A DNA stretch of 64,000 nt from Opitutales bacterium (GTDB lineage: Bacteria > Verrucomicrobiota > Verrucomicrobiia > Opitutales > UBA2987), in NCBI GenBank assembly GCA_965226885.1, contig CBDDEL010000016.1, positions 96,001 to 160,000 of the forward strand, written 5' to 3'. Positions 50,563 through 60,168 of the stretch are shown in pieces. The notes under the pieces are model-generated. The model made no database searches and was not told the DNA's origin. It worked only from the letters and a program-made list of their open reading frames with translations. The translations under genes were made by a program, and so were the position numbers. Within the stretch, counting starts at the first letter, position 1. Each line of letters opens with the position of its first letter.

Positions 50563-51120
50563 TCAGGTGCTGACTTTTCGGTTGCGCAGCATGAATTTCG
50601 CAGATACTATATTTGTCGTATTTTTGACTTCAAAGACCATTTTTTCCAGCAAAGCTTCAAGCTTAATTTTTTTTACTTCCACCGGATTAGTCGTTGTGTT
50701 TCCCAGAAGATTATAATAACTAAAACTCAGAGATTCTATGTTTCCAATAACCGTCAAGGTCCAGGAACCCTCGACTCGATTCAGGCTATTGCTGCTGGAA
50801 TCATAAATATACTCCACGGTGCGGGTTCCCGATTCGCCCTGCACCTGCAACGTCATCTGAGTCGAAGATGCCGTTGTAACGTCGACCGCCATGCGCATGT
50901 CGCGGCCGAAGCGTTCCAAGCCGATTTGGCTTTGGGTATTCATTTCCATATACTGGCTCATTCCCAGGGAACTTTTAAAAATGAACATGTAGCTCGAAGT
51001 GATCCCCGACATGAATACACTAGAAATTGACATGGCGATGAGGACCTCAGAAAGGGTGAAACCTCTTTTCCGGGGGCGGGGGTTTTGCTGAGTTTCAGTA
51101 TGAGCGGCTGTAGAAGTCAT
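50563..51120 (-). CDS. Prepilin-type N-terminal cleavage/methylation protein (PilW-like)
   Basis: KRGFTLSEVLIAM class III signal. Confidence 0.85.
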   Translation of the reverse strand: MTSTAAHTETQQNPRPRKRGFTLSEVLIAMSISSVFMSGITSSYMFIFKSSLGMSQYMEMNTQSQIGLERFGRDMRMAVDVTTASSTQMTLQVQGESGTRTVEYIYDSSSNSLNRVEGSWTLTVIGNIESLSFSYYNLLGNTTTNPVEVKKIKLEALLEKMVFEVKNTTNIVSAKFMLRNRKVST

Positions 51121-51568
51121 TGAGGCCCTCCTTGGTGAAGTAGGTAATATATTTAGTGGTGAAATCCATACCGCGTGAATTGGTCCAGGAAACGGTCAGA
51201 ACAACCTCCAGTTGATTCGCTTTGGGCACGCTAATGACTCGCTGGCAAGTAAATCCGCTGATTTCCTCGAAAAAGCCACCAGAACTATCCAAAGCTTCAA
51301 TGGCGGACCAATTCATGGTTCTCAGGCTTTCCATCTCATCTTGAAGAACTTGAGATACCCGAGTATTACTGCGAGTGCTTTCGAGCAGATAAAACCCCTG
51401 TTGCATCGCCGTATAAGTGCTTGCCAGAATGATCCCCAAAATCATCATCCCAACCATAAGCTCGAGCAGTGTGTATCCAGCCTGGTCAACCGTTACTGAA
51501 CGGTTTTTTGAGAGACTTCCGGTCTCGGGATTGTTTTTTGTTCTTTTCACTCGGGGGTATTCAACCAA
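51095..51568 (-). CDS. Prepilin-type N-terminal cleavage/methylation protein (PilV-like)
   Basis: AGYTLLELMVGMMIL class III signal. Confidence 0.85.
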   Translation of the reverse strand: MVEYPRVKRTKNNPETGSLSKNRSVTVDQAGYTLLELMVGMMILGIILASTYTAMQQGFYLLESTRSNTRVSQVLQDEMESLRTMNWSAIEALDSSGGFFEEISGFTCQRVISVPKANQLEVVLTVSWTNSRGMDFTTKYITYFTKEGLNDFYSRSY

Positions 51569-51801
51569 TTGTTTTAAATTACATTATTAGTTAATTCGCC
51601 AATTACAGTTAATTTCAAGCTATAAATCATTGATTATCATAGTTTAACAATTTTTTGATGCTTTCTTGATATTAATTTTACAAACATGCGCCAAAATCGC
51701 TCTGGATGCCGTCGGATTGGGCATTTCCATGAATTTGAAAAATGATCCCTGCCTTCCGCGAGAGGCCGCCCCAGGGATTCGACAATCGGCGCAATGATGC
51801 C

Positions 51802-53091
51802 TTAAAAACCTCGCGGTTTCAATAGATAAGCGCCGCCGCCGTCGTGGCCATCATTCCAGGGATTATAGACGCTTCCGGCTATCAGCCGCCAACGGCCCTT
51901 TTCCCGCTCTATGAATTTATCTACCACTGCCTGGTTTTCCTCTTCTTCCAAACTGCACGTGCTGTAAACGAGACGGCCTTGCGGGGATACAAAACGAGCG
52001 GCTTTCTGGAGCAGTTTCAGCTGCAATTCCGCCGCCTGCCCTATATCCACGGGTTGCAGGCGCCAACGGGCATCCGGGCGGCGCCGGATGACGCCCGTGT
52101 TCGAGCAAGGCGCGTCCAGGAGAATGCCGTCATAAAGGTCGGGCAGCCCTCTGAGTGCAAGGTCATGCGGAACGGTTTCCAGCAAGTCGGCATCAACTAT
52201 TTCCCAAAGCGTTTTTTCAAACCGGGAAAGATTTTCCCGCAATCGGCCGATCCTCGGGCCCGGTCGATCGAGGGCTGCCAAAAAGCCGCCGCCGCTTTTC
52301 AAGCGGCCCGCCATGAGGGAGCTTTTTCCGCCGGGGGCGGCGCAGAGATCGAGAATTTTTTCACCCGGGCGGACATCCAGCAAGTCAACCGGGCGGGCGC
52401 TTGCCGGGTCCATCACAATGGCCCCGGAATCTTTGGCCATAGCCCCAATATCGCTCCCCTTCCCTTTCGCCACTTCATAAAAGCCATTCCATTTTGTCGC
52501 TTTCAATTCAGGAAAAGCATCCAAACCATGCCGACCGGAAAAATAAGCGTAAATGGGCGGCGGAATTTGATTCCAATTCAGGAGTCGCTCCGTCGCGTCC
52601 CGGCCGTAAGTCTGCCGCCATTTTTGCACCAACCACTCGGGATGACTGTAGAGGATGGCCAGCTGAGCCCAACAATCGTATTTCCCCAGCAAACTACCAG
52701 GATCTTTCAATAGCGGCGCAGCCTTGCGCAAGACCGCGTTGGCCAGCCCCGCCTCGGCCGAACTGAGAACGCTTTTGGCACGTTCAACGGCATGGTTAAT
52801 AATCCTGGCGGCTCTTTCCTCCTCACTATTAAGAAGTTCTGCCGCGGCCACAAATAGGATTGACTTCAATCGGGCTCTCGGTTGTCTTTTCAGGAAAACC
52901 GAAAGCACGAATTCGATTCGCGATAAATTGCGTATGACACCTAGAAACAGGAATTGGCATCGCCGTCTGTGGGACGTCGGCAGAAGCCGGGGCAACATCC
53001 CCAGGAAGGAATCCGCCTTGCCCGGGCGCTTGATATAGGCTTCGCACAATTGCGCGGCCAAAATCCAGCTATCCTTCTTTTTTTCCGACAT
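51802..53091 (-). CDS. rsmB: RsmB/Sun family RNA m5C methyltransferase
   Basis: NusB-like N-terminus; SHPEWL; LDLCAAPGGKS; DAPCSNTG; YSTCS. Confidence 0.88.
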   Translation of the reverse strand: MSEKKKDSWILAAQLCEAYIKRPGKADSFLGMLPRLLPTSHRRRCQFLFLGVIRNLSRIEFVLSVFLKRQPRARLKSILFVAAAELLNSEEERAARIINHAVERAKSVLSSAEAGLANAVLRKAAPLLKDPGSLLGKYDCWAQLAILYSHPEWLVQKWRQTYGRDATERLLNWNQIPPPIYAYFSGRHGLDAFPELKATKWNGFYEVAKGKGSDIGAMAKDSGAIVMDPASARPVDLLDVRPGEKILDLCAAPGGKSSLMAGRLKSGGGFLAALDRPGPRIGRLRENLSRFEKTLWEIVDADLLETVPHDLALRGLPDLYDGILLDAPCSNTGVIRRRPDARWRLQPVDIGQAAELQLKLLQKAARFVSPQGRLVYSTCSLEEEENQAVVDKFIEREKGRWRLIAGSVYNPWNDGHDGGGAYLLKPRGF

Positions 53092-53178
53092 GCCGATAAT
53101 TCCCGAGGCAGGGAATTTGTTGACCTGGAAGGGCAAATACCATCATTAATTAAATTATTTTTCTGGAATTAGAACGGC

Positions 53179-55050
53179 ATGAATAAAGAAGCTATCGATT
53201 TGCTCATACGGCAGCAACCAAAATTAAAGAGTTCCCGGCCAAAACTGGAAGCCATGCAACCGGGTTTTTACTGCATTCACCGCAGTTGGGGTCTGGGCCA
53301 GATCAAGGATTACGATGAAAAGGAAAACAAACTGATCATCGATTTCGAGGAGCATAAAACCGGTCACGCCATGGACCCGGCCTTCTGCGTCGATAAACTG
53401 GAGATTTTGCAGCCAGACAATATTATCGTGAGGCACAGGGAAGATCCGGAATCGGTGGGGGAGATTCTGAAAAAGAAGCCAACGGACATTATCGTGGCTA
53501 TCCTCGGCAGCTCTGAAAAGGGAACCGCCCTCACCTCGGAAATTGAAAAAATCCTTCAACGGCTCCTCGGCGCGGACAAATATAAAAAATGGTGGACGGA
53601 CACAAAAAAACTCCTCGTCAAAGATCCACGCATCGCCGTGCCAGGGAAAAAGACCGCCCCCTACATATTGCGGGCAGAGCCAGTTAAAGCGGAAGAGGAA
53701 ATTCTGGAAGAATTTTTCTCCATCCAGGCCCCCAAAAAACAAATACTGCTGGCGGAAAAACTCCTCGTCCTCTCCATCACCCAAGAAGAACTAAAGGATC
53801 ATCTGCACGATATTCTACAAACATTGACCAAAGGGCTGCAGGAATCCAAAATCCTAAATCAAGGGGAGCGCCTGCAAGGCTTATGGGTACGCAATGACCT
53901 GGCCCGGTTTATTCATGAAGATGTGGAAAGCCTCTCCCCCACTTCCTCTTCGATCCTGGAGGATGTTCGCGATTTTTCCGGTCTGGCGGCTCAAATCCCA
54001 CCCAGCTATTTCAAACGGTTTCTAGACCTCATCTTTCGCACTTACACGGAGCGGTGGGAAAAAATCACTTTCGATCTTCTCAAAAACAGCAGCGGCAAAT
54101 TCACTACCGAATGCATCAATTTCCTTATTGAAAAAGGCCTCGAGGAAGACCTCGACCACAACTTGCACCGGTGGCTGGAAGAGCAAATAATCAAAGGCCC
54201 CCTTCTCCTTTGGATTTTGAAAAACCGCCACTCTCGCAAATTTACCAGAATGTTGAGCAAACTGATCTCCCCGCGCCTTTTCAATGCCATCTTTTACGCC
54301 ATTGACTATGAGGCATTGCACAATGCCGGAGCCAGGCGGATTCCCCTCTCCGACATTCTCAGCGACGATTCCGAGTTGATCTCCGAATTGCTATCGCAGG
54401 CCTCGCAGGAAACGGCCCAGGACCTTGCCACCACCCTCCTGCTCAACCAGGGATTTGAAGACCTTACCAAAAAATCCCTTCTGGCCAGATTTATACGGCT
54501 TTTCCCCAACGTCCAGAGCCTTGTCAGCGGCCCCCGCGACGACACCGAAGAAATTGACAAAAGCGATTTGCTCATCGTGTCCCAGGAAAGCCTCGAAGTT
54601 TATAAAAAGGATTATGAAATTTTATTGACGGAAAAAATACCCGAAAACAAAAAAGCCATCGCGCTGGCCCGGGAACATGGCGATCTTAAAGAAAATTCCG
54701 AATATAAGATGGCCCGGCAGGACCAGGACACCCTGCTGGCCCGCAAGGCTCAATTGGAGCGAGAATTAACCCTGGCCAGAGTGAGTGACTTTACAGACGC
54801 GCCGTCCGATGTGGTGGGTGTCGGAAATGTGGTCAAATTAATTGAAGGCTCCACCGGCAACTCTGTCACTTACTCTATTCTGGGTGCCTGGGACAGTCAT
54901 CCGGAAGAAAACATACTTTCTTACAAAACTCCCCTCGGCCAAAGTCTCATATCCAAAAAAGAAGGGGATGTGGTCAAAACTGTCATCGACGATACGGAAG
55001 AACTCTGGACGATTGAAAAAATTTCCCGCTGGGTCGATTTGCAGAAATAG
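53179..55050 (+). CDS. greA: GreA/GreB elongation factor with long N-terminal extension
   Basis: C-terminal AREHGDLKENSEY...ILGAWD...SYKTPLG. Confidence 0.88.
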   Translation: MNKEAIDLLIRQQPKLKSSRPKLEAMQPGFYCIHRSWGLGQIKDYDEKENKLIIDFEEHKTGHAMDPAFCVDKLEILQPDNIIVRHREDPESVGEILKKKPTDIIVAILGSSEKGTALTSEIEKILQRLLGADKYKKWWTDTKKLLVKDPRIAVPGKKTAPYILRAEPVKAEEEILEEFFSIQAPKKQILLAEKLLVLSITQEELKDHLHDILQTLTKGLQESKILNQGERLQGLWVRNDLARFIHEDVESLSPTSSSILEDVRDFSGLAAQIPPSYFKRFLDLIFRTYTERWEKITFDLLKNSSGKFTTECINFLIEKGLEEDLDHNLHRWLEEQIIKGPLLLWILKNRHSRKFTRMLSKLISPRLFNAIFYAIDYEALHNAGARRIPLSDILSDDSELISELLSQASQETAQDLATTLLLNQGFEDLTKKSLLARFIRLFPNVQSLVSGPRDDTEEIDKSDLLIVSQESLEVYKKDYEILLTEKIPENKKAIALAREHGDLKENSEYKMARQDQDTLLARKAQLERELTLARVSDFTDAPSDVVGVGNVVKLIEGSTGNSVTYSILGAWDSHPEENILSYKTPLGQSLISKKEGDVVKTVIDDTEELWTIEKISRWVDLQK

Positions 55051-55116
55051 CATTTCAAAGGAGGCCGACGAGAAGCGTCCGCCTCAAAATTCCATACAAC
55101 CGTCTGAAAAGCCGGA

Positions 55117-56058
55117 ATGAAGACGATGGACCCTCTGGACACACTCAAGCTTCTGGCCGACTGGACCCGCTTGAGGATCATTTCGCTGCTCCGGGCGGAG
55201 GAACTCTCGGTAGCTGAAATGCAGGAAATTCTGGGCATGGGCCAGTCGCGCATTTCCTCCCATCTGGCATTGCTCAGGCAAGCCGGCATGGTTTCCCACC
55301 GCAAGGAGGGTAAAAGAAGCTTTTACTCACTCAATGCAGATATATCAGAGGACGGCGACAGCCTCATCGACAGCGCCTGCAAAGCCATTTCACGGAAAAC
55401 CGAGATCCTGGAAGATGAAAATAATTTGCGGCGCATTCTCGCTAAACGCCGAAAAGTCGTCGAAAAATATTTTAACGATGTGGCTGGAAGTCTGGGTAAG
55501 AAATATTGCCCCGGCCGTTCCTGGAAAGCTATCGGTCATTTCCTCCTGCACTTAACGCCCCCTCTGGTCATAGCCGACCTCGGTTCGGGAGAGGGGGAAC
55601 TGGCTCAAATGCTGGCCCGCCGGGCCAAGATGATTTACTGCATCGATAATTCCCCCCGCATGGTCAAGGCCGGAACCGATTTGGCCCGCTCCCATGGACT
55701 GAAAAATCTTCACTATAAACTGGGAGATATCGAGGACATTCCACTGCAGGCAGATAGCTGCGATATCGCCCTCCTCAGCCAATCGATTCATCACGCTCCC
55801 AATCCCCAAAGAGCCGTCAATGAAGCCTTTCGCATTTTAAAACCAACTGGCCGGGTAATCATTCTCGATTTGAAAAACCACAATTTTGAAAAAACACGGG
55901 ACTTGTACGCCGATTACTGGCTAGGGTTCAGTGAAAACCAGATTTACCAGTTTCTCTGCAAAGCCGGGTTTGAAAATCCCGAGGTCAATATCGTTCTGCG
56001 TGAGGAGAAGGAGCCGCATTTCGAAGTCATCCTCGGCAGCGGAATAAAGCCGTCCTGA
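55117..56058 (+). CDS. ArsR-family HTH plus SAM-binding methyltransferase domain regulator (SahR/SamR-like)
   Basis: LADWTRLRI...QSRISSHLALL; ADLGSGEG; WLGF. Confidence 0.88.
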   Translation: MKTMDPLDTLKLLADWTRLRIISLLRAEELSVAEMQEILGMGQSRISSHLALLRQAGMVSHRKEGKRSFYSLNADISEDGDSLIDSACKAISRKTEILEDENNLRRILAKRRKVVEKYFNDVAGSLGKKYCPGRSWKAIGHFLLHLTPPLVIADLGSGEGELAQMLARRAKMIYCIDNSPRMVKAGTDLARSHGLKNLHYKLGDIEDIPLQADSCDIALLSQSIHHAPNPQRAVNEAFRILKPTGRVIILDLKNHNFEKTRDLYADYWLGFSENQIYQFLCKAGFENPEVNIVLREEKEPHFEVILGSGIKPS

Positions 56059-56319
56059 ATCGCGAGGTAAGGATTCCAGTGCTTTCTCGGAATGGAACAT
56101 TCTTGAGGTAGAGGCGAAAGAGATAGTGGGTCCTATGTTAAATTATTTGTAAATTCAGGTCTTTTGTTAAATTGACAAAGTTTTTGACCGACTTTCAGGC
56201 TAATCAGGGACTACACACATTACCCGGCAAGAAACTACGCCCAGTGCCTGGCTGGAAACTGGACCAATTCAGTATCGTTGTTCAAAAAACTGGATAGAAT
56301 TTACCCGTTTGCACCTAGT

Positions 56320-56887
56320 ATGAATAGAATCATGGAAGTTCAGCTCGGGAAAACCGTTATCGAACAAAACGAGCCGGGAGACGGTTTTTATGTTCTGCTT
56401 TCTGGAAATTTGGAGGTTTACCGGGACAAAACTTATCTCTGTTCCCTCAGTCAACGCGGGACCATTTTCGGTGAAATGAGCGGTATTTTATGTGAGCCGA
56501 GAACATGTTCTATTATTGCAAAGAACGAACGACGCTAAAGTCATTTTCGTTTCCAACGATGACATGATTGAATTTATTAAGGAAACGCCCGACATCGGCG
56601 CCAAAATCATCAAGACCTTGGCCAAACGATTGGCATCCACATCGCGAAAATTTGTCGAGAGTGCGGAGGTGCAGATCCCGGCGTCGGTGGAATTGCGCGG
56701 CCGCAGAATCAAGGAAAACGTGCTGGATAATTTGAAAGGCCTCGGATCGGCCCGCCGAAGAGCCCTTGACCTTCAGTTTGAGACCATAGACAACTTGAAA
56801 GATGCCAGCATCAAGGAGCTTCTGCAAGTCGAGGGCATCGGCCCGAAAATGGCTCAACAATTGCATAAAGTTCTGCGCGATCTTTAA
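56320..56887 (+). pseudogene. cNMP-binding domain plus UvrC-like helix-hairpin-helix protein (about 187 aa), frameshifted by a 4-bp duplication
   Basis: GAAC x2 at 56523-56530; corrected frame IIAKNDAKVIF joins GTIFGEMSGILCEPRTC to LDNLKGLG...VEGIGPKMA. Confidence 0.85.
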
Positions 56888-57032
56888 AGTTTAATGGCTA
56901 GGATTATGGCCGGTGCCGCGCATTTCGCTTCCTGATTTGCGATGCCGATTGTCTTGCCAACTACATGCCAAATAATTTATGGTGGGATTTTCCGTCTGTC
57001 AGAATTTCCTTAAAACCTTCAGATTTTAAGCT

Positions 57033-57776
57033 ATGATACGATCCGGCAACCCTACTTTGACCGCCAAGACCTTCACTCTACAGGAAAGAGTGAGCTCAAC
57101 GGCGCAAATGACTATCCAGGGAACCGTCAATAAAACCGGGTTCCTTCTATTCCTGGTATTGATTCCGGCAATCTGGACCTGGGATCGTTTTATCTCCACC
57201 GGCGATCAGGCAAGCATTGTTCCCTTTATCATAGGCGGAGCCATTGGCGGGATCGTCATTGCCCTCATAACGGTTTTTAATAAAACCTGGGCTCCTTTCA
57301 CGGCGCCACTATACGCTTTGGCTGAAGGATTTGTGCTAGGAGGCATTTCGGCTATTTTCGAAAGTATTTATCCGGATATCGTCTTCCAGGCTGTGGGCCT
57401 GACCATGGGCGTTTTGTTCAGTCTCTTAATGGCTTACAAGAGCGGCTTGATCAAAGTGACGGAGAATTTCAAACTGGGCATAGTCGCCGCCACCGGCGGG
57501 ATAATGATGGTTTACCTAGCCAGTATGGTACTCGGCTTCTTCGGCATGGGCGTGCCATTCATTCATGAGAACGGGTTGATGGGGATCGGATTCAGTGCAT
57601 TTGTCGTCGTCATAGCGGCCCTCAACCTTGTCCTGGACTTCGATTTTATTGAAGCCGGGGCGAAAAACGGCGCCCCCAAATACATGGAATGGTACGGCGC
57701 GTTCGGGTTGCTGGTGACCTTGATCTGGCTCTATATAGAAATACTCCATCTGCTGGCCAAACTACGCAGCCGCTGA
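57033..57776 (+). CDS. Bax inhibitor-1/YccA-like membrane protein
   Basis: MTIQGTVNKT; LNLVLDFDFIE; EWYGAFGLLVTLIWLYIEIL. Confidence 0.9.
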   Translation: MIRSGNPTLTAKTFTLQERVSSTAQMTIQGTVNKTGFLLFLVLIPAIWTWDRFISTGDQASIVPFIIGGAIGGIVIALITVFNKTWAPFTAPLYALAEGFVLGGISAIFESIYPDIVFQAVGLTMGVLFSLLMAYKSGLIKVTENFKLGIVAATGGIMMVYLASMVLGFFGMGVPFIHENGLMGIGFSAFVVVIAALNLVLDFDFIEAGAKNGAPKYMEWYGAFGLLVTLIWLYIEILHLLAKLRSR

Positions 57777-57882
57777 TCGGCTATCGGCCCGGTTTTCGAA
57801 AGCAAGGGCGGCTACAGACCCTCTGCCTGAATAAAACATTTCGGTTTGTTAAAGATGGTGCAGGCCAACAACTGCGGACTCA

Positions 57883-58058
57883 TCAGGAAGCCTGCCGCAA
57901 TCTAAAAGAGGTGCGCATGGCCGCCGAGCGCAGGTCTATACTGAAATTTTCCATCAACGCCTCATTCGTTGATTCATCTAGTTTCAATTCCTCATGTCTG
58001 AAATTTTGCCCAGGGCGTTCCGGGCTCCTAAACCCGATTTCTTCCAGGATATTAACTA
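57883..58058 (-). pseudogene. Possible orphan 3' gene fragment truncated by IS copy D
   Basis: Open frame from the IS boundary to a stop (LVNILEEIGF...RLRQAS*); no start present. Confidence 0.4.
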
Positions 58059-59875
58059 GAGGCTGTCCCAAAAGGGTGATTTTTGCGAGGGCTTTTGATA
58101 GGCGCTCATTTTAGAGGTATTTGCATTTGGGAGAGTATCAACTTTGCTCTCCTATGACGTTAGGATACTGGTTTTGGGGTCCGGTTGCCTGGTTTTCTTT
58201 GTATGAGCCGACAGTAAGGCTGTGAAAAAGTATTGTCCTTGCTTTTCCGCTCTCTAGGCCGCCGCTTTGGTTTTTAGTTCGTCTTGCTGGGCCAGCATCT
58301 TGGCTACTTTCCATAGGTTGTGCGAGAGTACCGACCAGGCTACGCTGATCGAGCGGTTGGCAAAGCCTTTGCTGCGCAACCGCCCGGCCTGCCAGCGATT
58401 CTTCAATACCCCGATCCGCCCTTCGGTGCTGGCCCGGCGCTTTTGCAATTGCCTGAACAGTGGTTCCTCCCTCCGTTTTTTCAACTGCTTCGGATCGCGT
58501 GGACAGAGCGCGTCGTAGATTCCCTCCTGGGCTAACTGCCGGCGGGCCCGCTGGGAGGCAAATCCCCGGTCCGCGCACATGGCCGCTATGGGTTCTTCCA
58601 GGTTGAAGCGGTTCTGTCTTTGCAAACTCTCTTGCATTTGTTCATTTTCGCTTGGAGTTCGGCTGCCGTAGAGTTTCCAGTCCAGCAGGTACCCTTCAAC
58701 GCTTTCTCCCAAAAACAGGGTGTTGCCGAACTCGACCTCTTGGCCCGCTTTACCTCGCACAACCACCTGCCCATCGAGTTCGTAAACACTCAAGACTTTC
58801 TCTGCGTTTTTCACCTGGCGGCCGCCAATGATCCGCTCGTGCGCCTGTTTGATGACCACCGGGATTTGCTCGCTCATGCGCTCCATCCGGGCGAGGATCT
58901 GTTGGACCTGTTTTTCGCTGTAATCGCTTTGCTCCCAGCAGGCTTGCAATAATTCCCGGTGACTGCGGGCATGCTCCCCGATCCGTTTGAGCAGCTTTTT
59001 CATCTGCCTCAAGATACCCTTGCGCTGCCGCGCGCTGTCCTTTCGCCGCCGGCTGTGGGTCATCTGTATGCACAGCCGATTCATCTGCCGAGCCAAGGGC
59101 TCCGGTTCGATCGGCATGCGATGGCGCAAACCGGCCTTCTCGCGGATCAGCCGGATCGCTTTGAGCAACGTGCCGGCTACATCCTTGAGTAATACCCAGT
59201 CCGTCGGCCAATGAATGTTAGCCTCCAAACAGGTGCCGTCGATCAGGCAAATGGTGGTGTCAATCGGCTTGTCCAATCCCACCTGCCGGGCCAGAAGGGC
59301 ATCGCCCACCACCTCAGTCAAGGTCCGGTGCAAGGCCCTCAACTGCTCTTCGCTGAAAAACTTCGAGGCCCGCTCCAGGGTGCTTTTGGAGATGCCCCTG
59401 ATGCCATCGATCTGCCGGACACGGCAAAAGTCGGCCAACAGATCGCTGCTGCCCAGAGCCCGCGACAAATGCCGAAACGAAATCCCTCCGAGCAGACGGC
59501 CCAGCGTATCCATGCGCAGTGCCTTGATGGCAAAACTGGCCCGCTGCCGCCGGGCCTTTAGACCCATTGGCGGCCACCCCTCCAAGGCCAGCTCAATGGC
59601 CTGCGATTCCACCTCCGAGTCGATCAGCAGCCGATCGATTCGATCAATGGTGGCGCGGAAGTTATCGTAATCGAGGCACCGGTCGACCACAGTTAAAGCT
59701 GGACGCAGGAGGCATTGGATGGCTATATTTTTCATAGAAAGGGCTATATTGATTTTCGCTAACTCAATTATAGAACCCTTTTTTGGCCGGATCGAGCAAA
59801 AACTTGCTCTTTCCGGCTCTTTTTATCAACGTCATCCAGTTGACTATAAAATCTTTATATTTTTGGGACAGCCTC
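58059..59875 (-). mobile_element. IS5/ISNCY-like element, copy D (1817 bp), flanks not duplicated
   Basis: Both IRs intact; flanks TAACTA and TATTTA. Confidence 0.95.
58254..59735 (-). CDS. DDE transposase, 493 aa
   Basis: Near-identical to 47533-49014. Confidence 0.88.
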   Translation of the reverse strand: MKNIAIQCLLRPALTVVDRCLDYDNFRATIDRIDRLLIDSEVESQAIELALEGWPPMGLKARRQRASFAIKALRMDTLGRLLGGISFRHLSRALGSSDLLADFCRVRQIDGIRGISKSTLERASKFFSEEQLRALHRTLTEVVGDALLARQVGLDKPIDTTICLIDGTCLEANIHWPTDWVLLKDVAGTLLKAIRLIREKAGLRHRMPIEPEPLARQMNRLCIQMTHSRRRKDSARQRKGILRQMKKLLKRIGEHARSHRELLQACWEQSDYSEKQVQQILARMERMSEQIPVVIKQAHERIIGGRQVKNAEKVLSVYELDGQVVVRGKAGQEVEFGNTLFLGESVEGYLLDWKLYGSRTPSENEQMQESLQRQNRFNLEEPIAAMCADRGFASQRARRQLAQEGIYDALCPRDPKQLKKRREEPLFRQLQKRRASTEGRIGVLKNRWQAGRLRSKGFANRSISVAWSVLSHNLWKVAKMLAQQDELKTKAAA

Positions 59876-59881
59876 TATTTA

Positions 59882-59897
59882 GTGGCTGTCCCAAAAA
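59882..59897 (+). repeat. Orphan IR-like end related to the IS5/ISNCY-like element
   Basis: GTGGCTGTCCCAAAAA 6 bp after copy D. Confidence 0.8.
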
Positions 59898-60168
59898 CCT
59901 GAATTTTGAGAAATGAGATATTCGACCCAGCATTGGAAGAGAGCGTAAATCATCAACCCCGTCAAAAAGCGCTGTATAAGGCATCTTTTAGTAATTGTAA
60001 ACGCCGGGATGAAACCGGTACGGGGGTCGGGGTAAAACCGGTACGCTTGGAATAAGGTTTAGGTTAGTAATTGCAGGTACGTCAAGGTTTAGGGTTTGGG
60101 AGTTGGTTTTGGGGATTGGCTTGGGGTCGGTGAGGAGGCCGGAGGCCGACGAGCCGGGCCCAAGGCGT

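Noticed and set aside
51678..51695. Possible sigma-54 promoter before the pilin trio
   Set aside because: Spacing is one base short and the -12 GC is absent.
51844..52713. Long antisense or shadow ORFs (for example 51844-52713, 36344-37198, 23243-23863)
   Set aside because: They overlap well-supported genes and have no recognisable motifs.
55061..55085. Hairpin GAGGCCGACG-AGAAG-CGTCCGCCTC after greA
   Set aside because: Imperfect stem with no U-tract on the plus strand; not supportable as a terminator.
56105..56215. GGTAGAGGCG...GACTAC resembling a lysine riboswitch start and end
   Set aside because: Too short, internal conserved motifs and helices not found, and the downstream gene is unrelated to lysine.
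56955..56971. Sigma-54-like TGGCATGTAGTTGGC on the minus strand
   Set aside because: GG-N10-GC spacing fits, but it points antisense into the cNMP-HhH gene and the -12 box is imperfect.
59996..60050. AAACCGGTACG repeats as a CRISPR or iteron array
   Set aside because: They are IS21 subterminal transposase-binding repeats mirrored at the other end.
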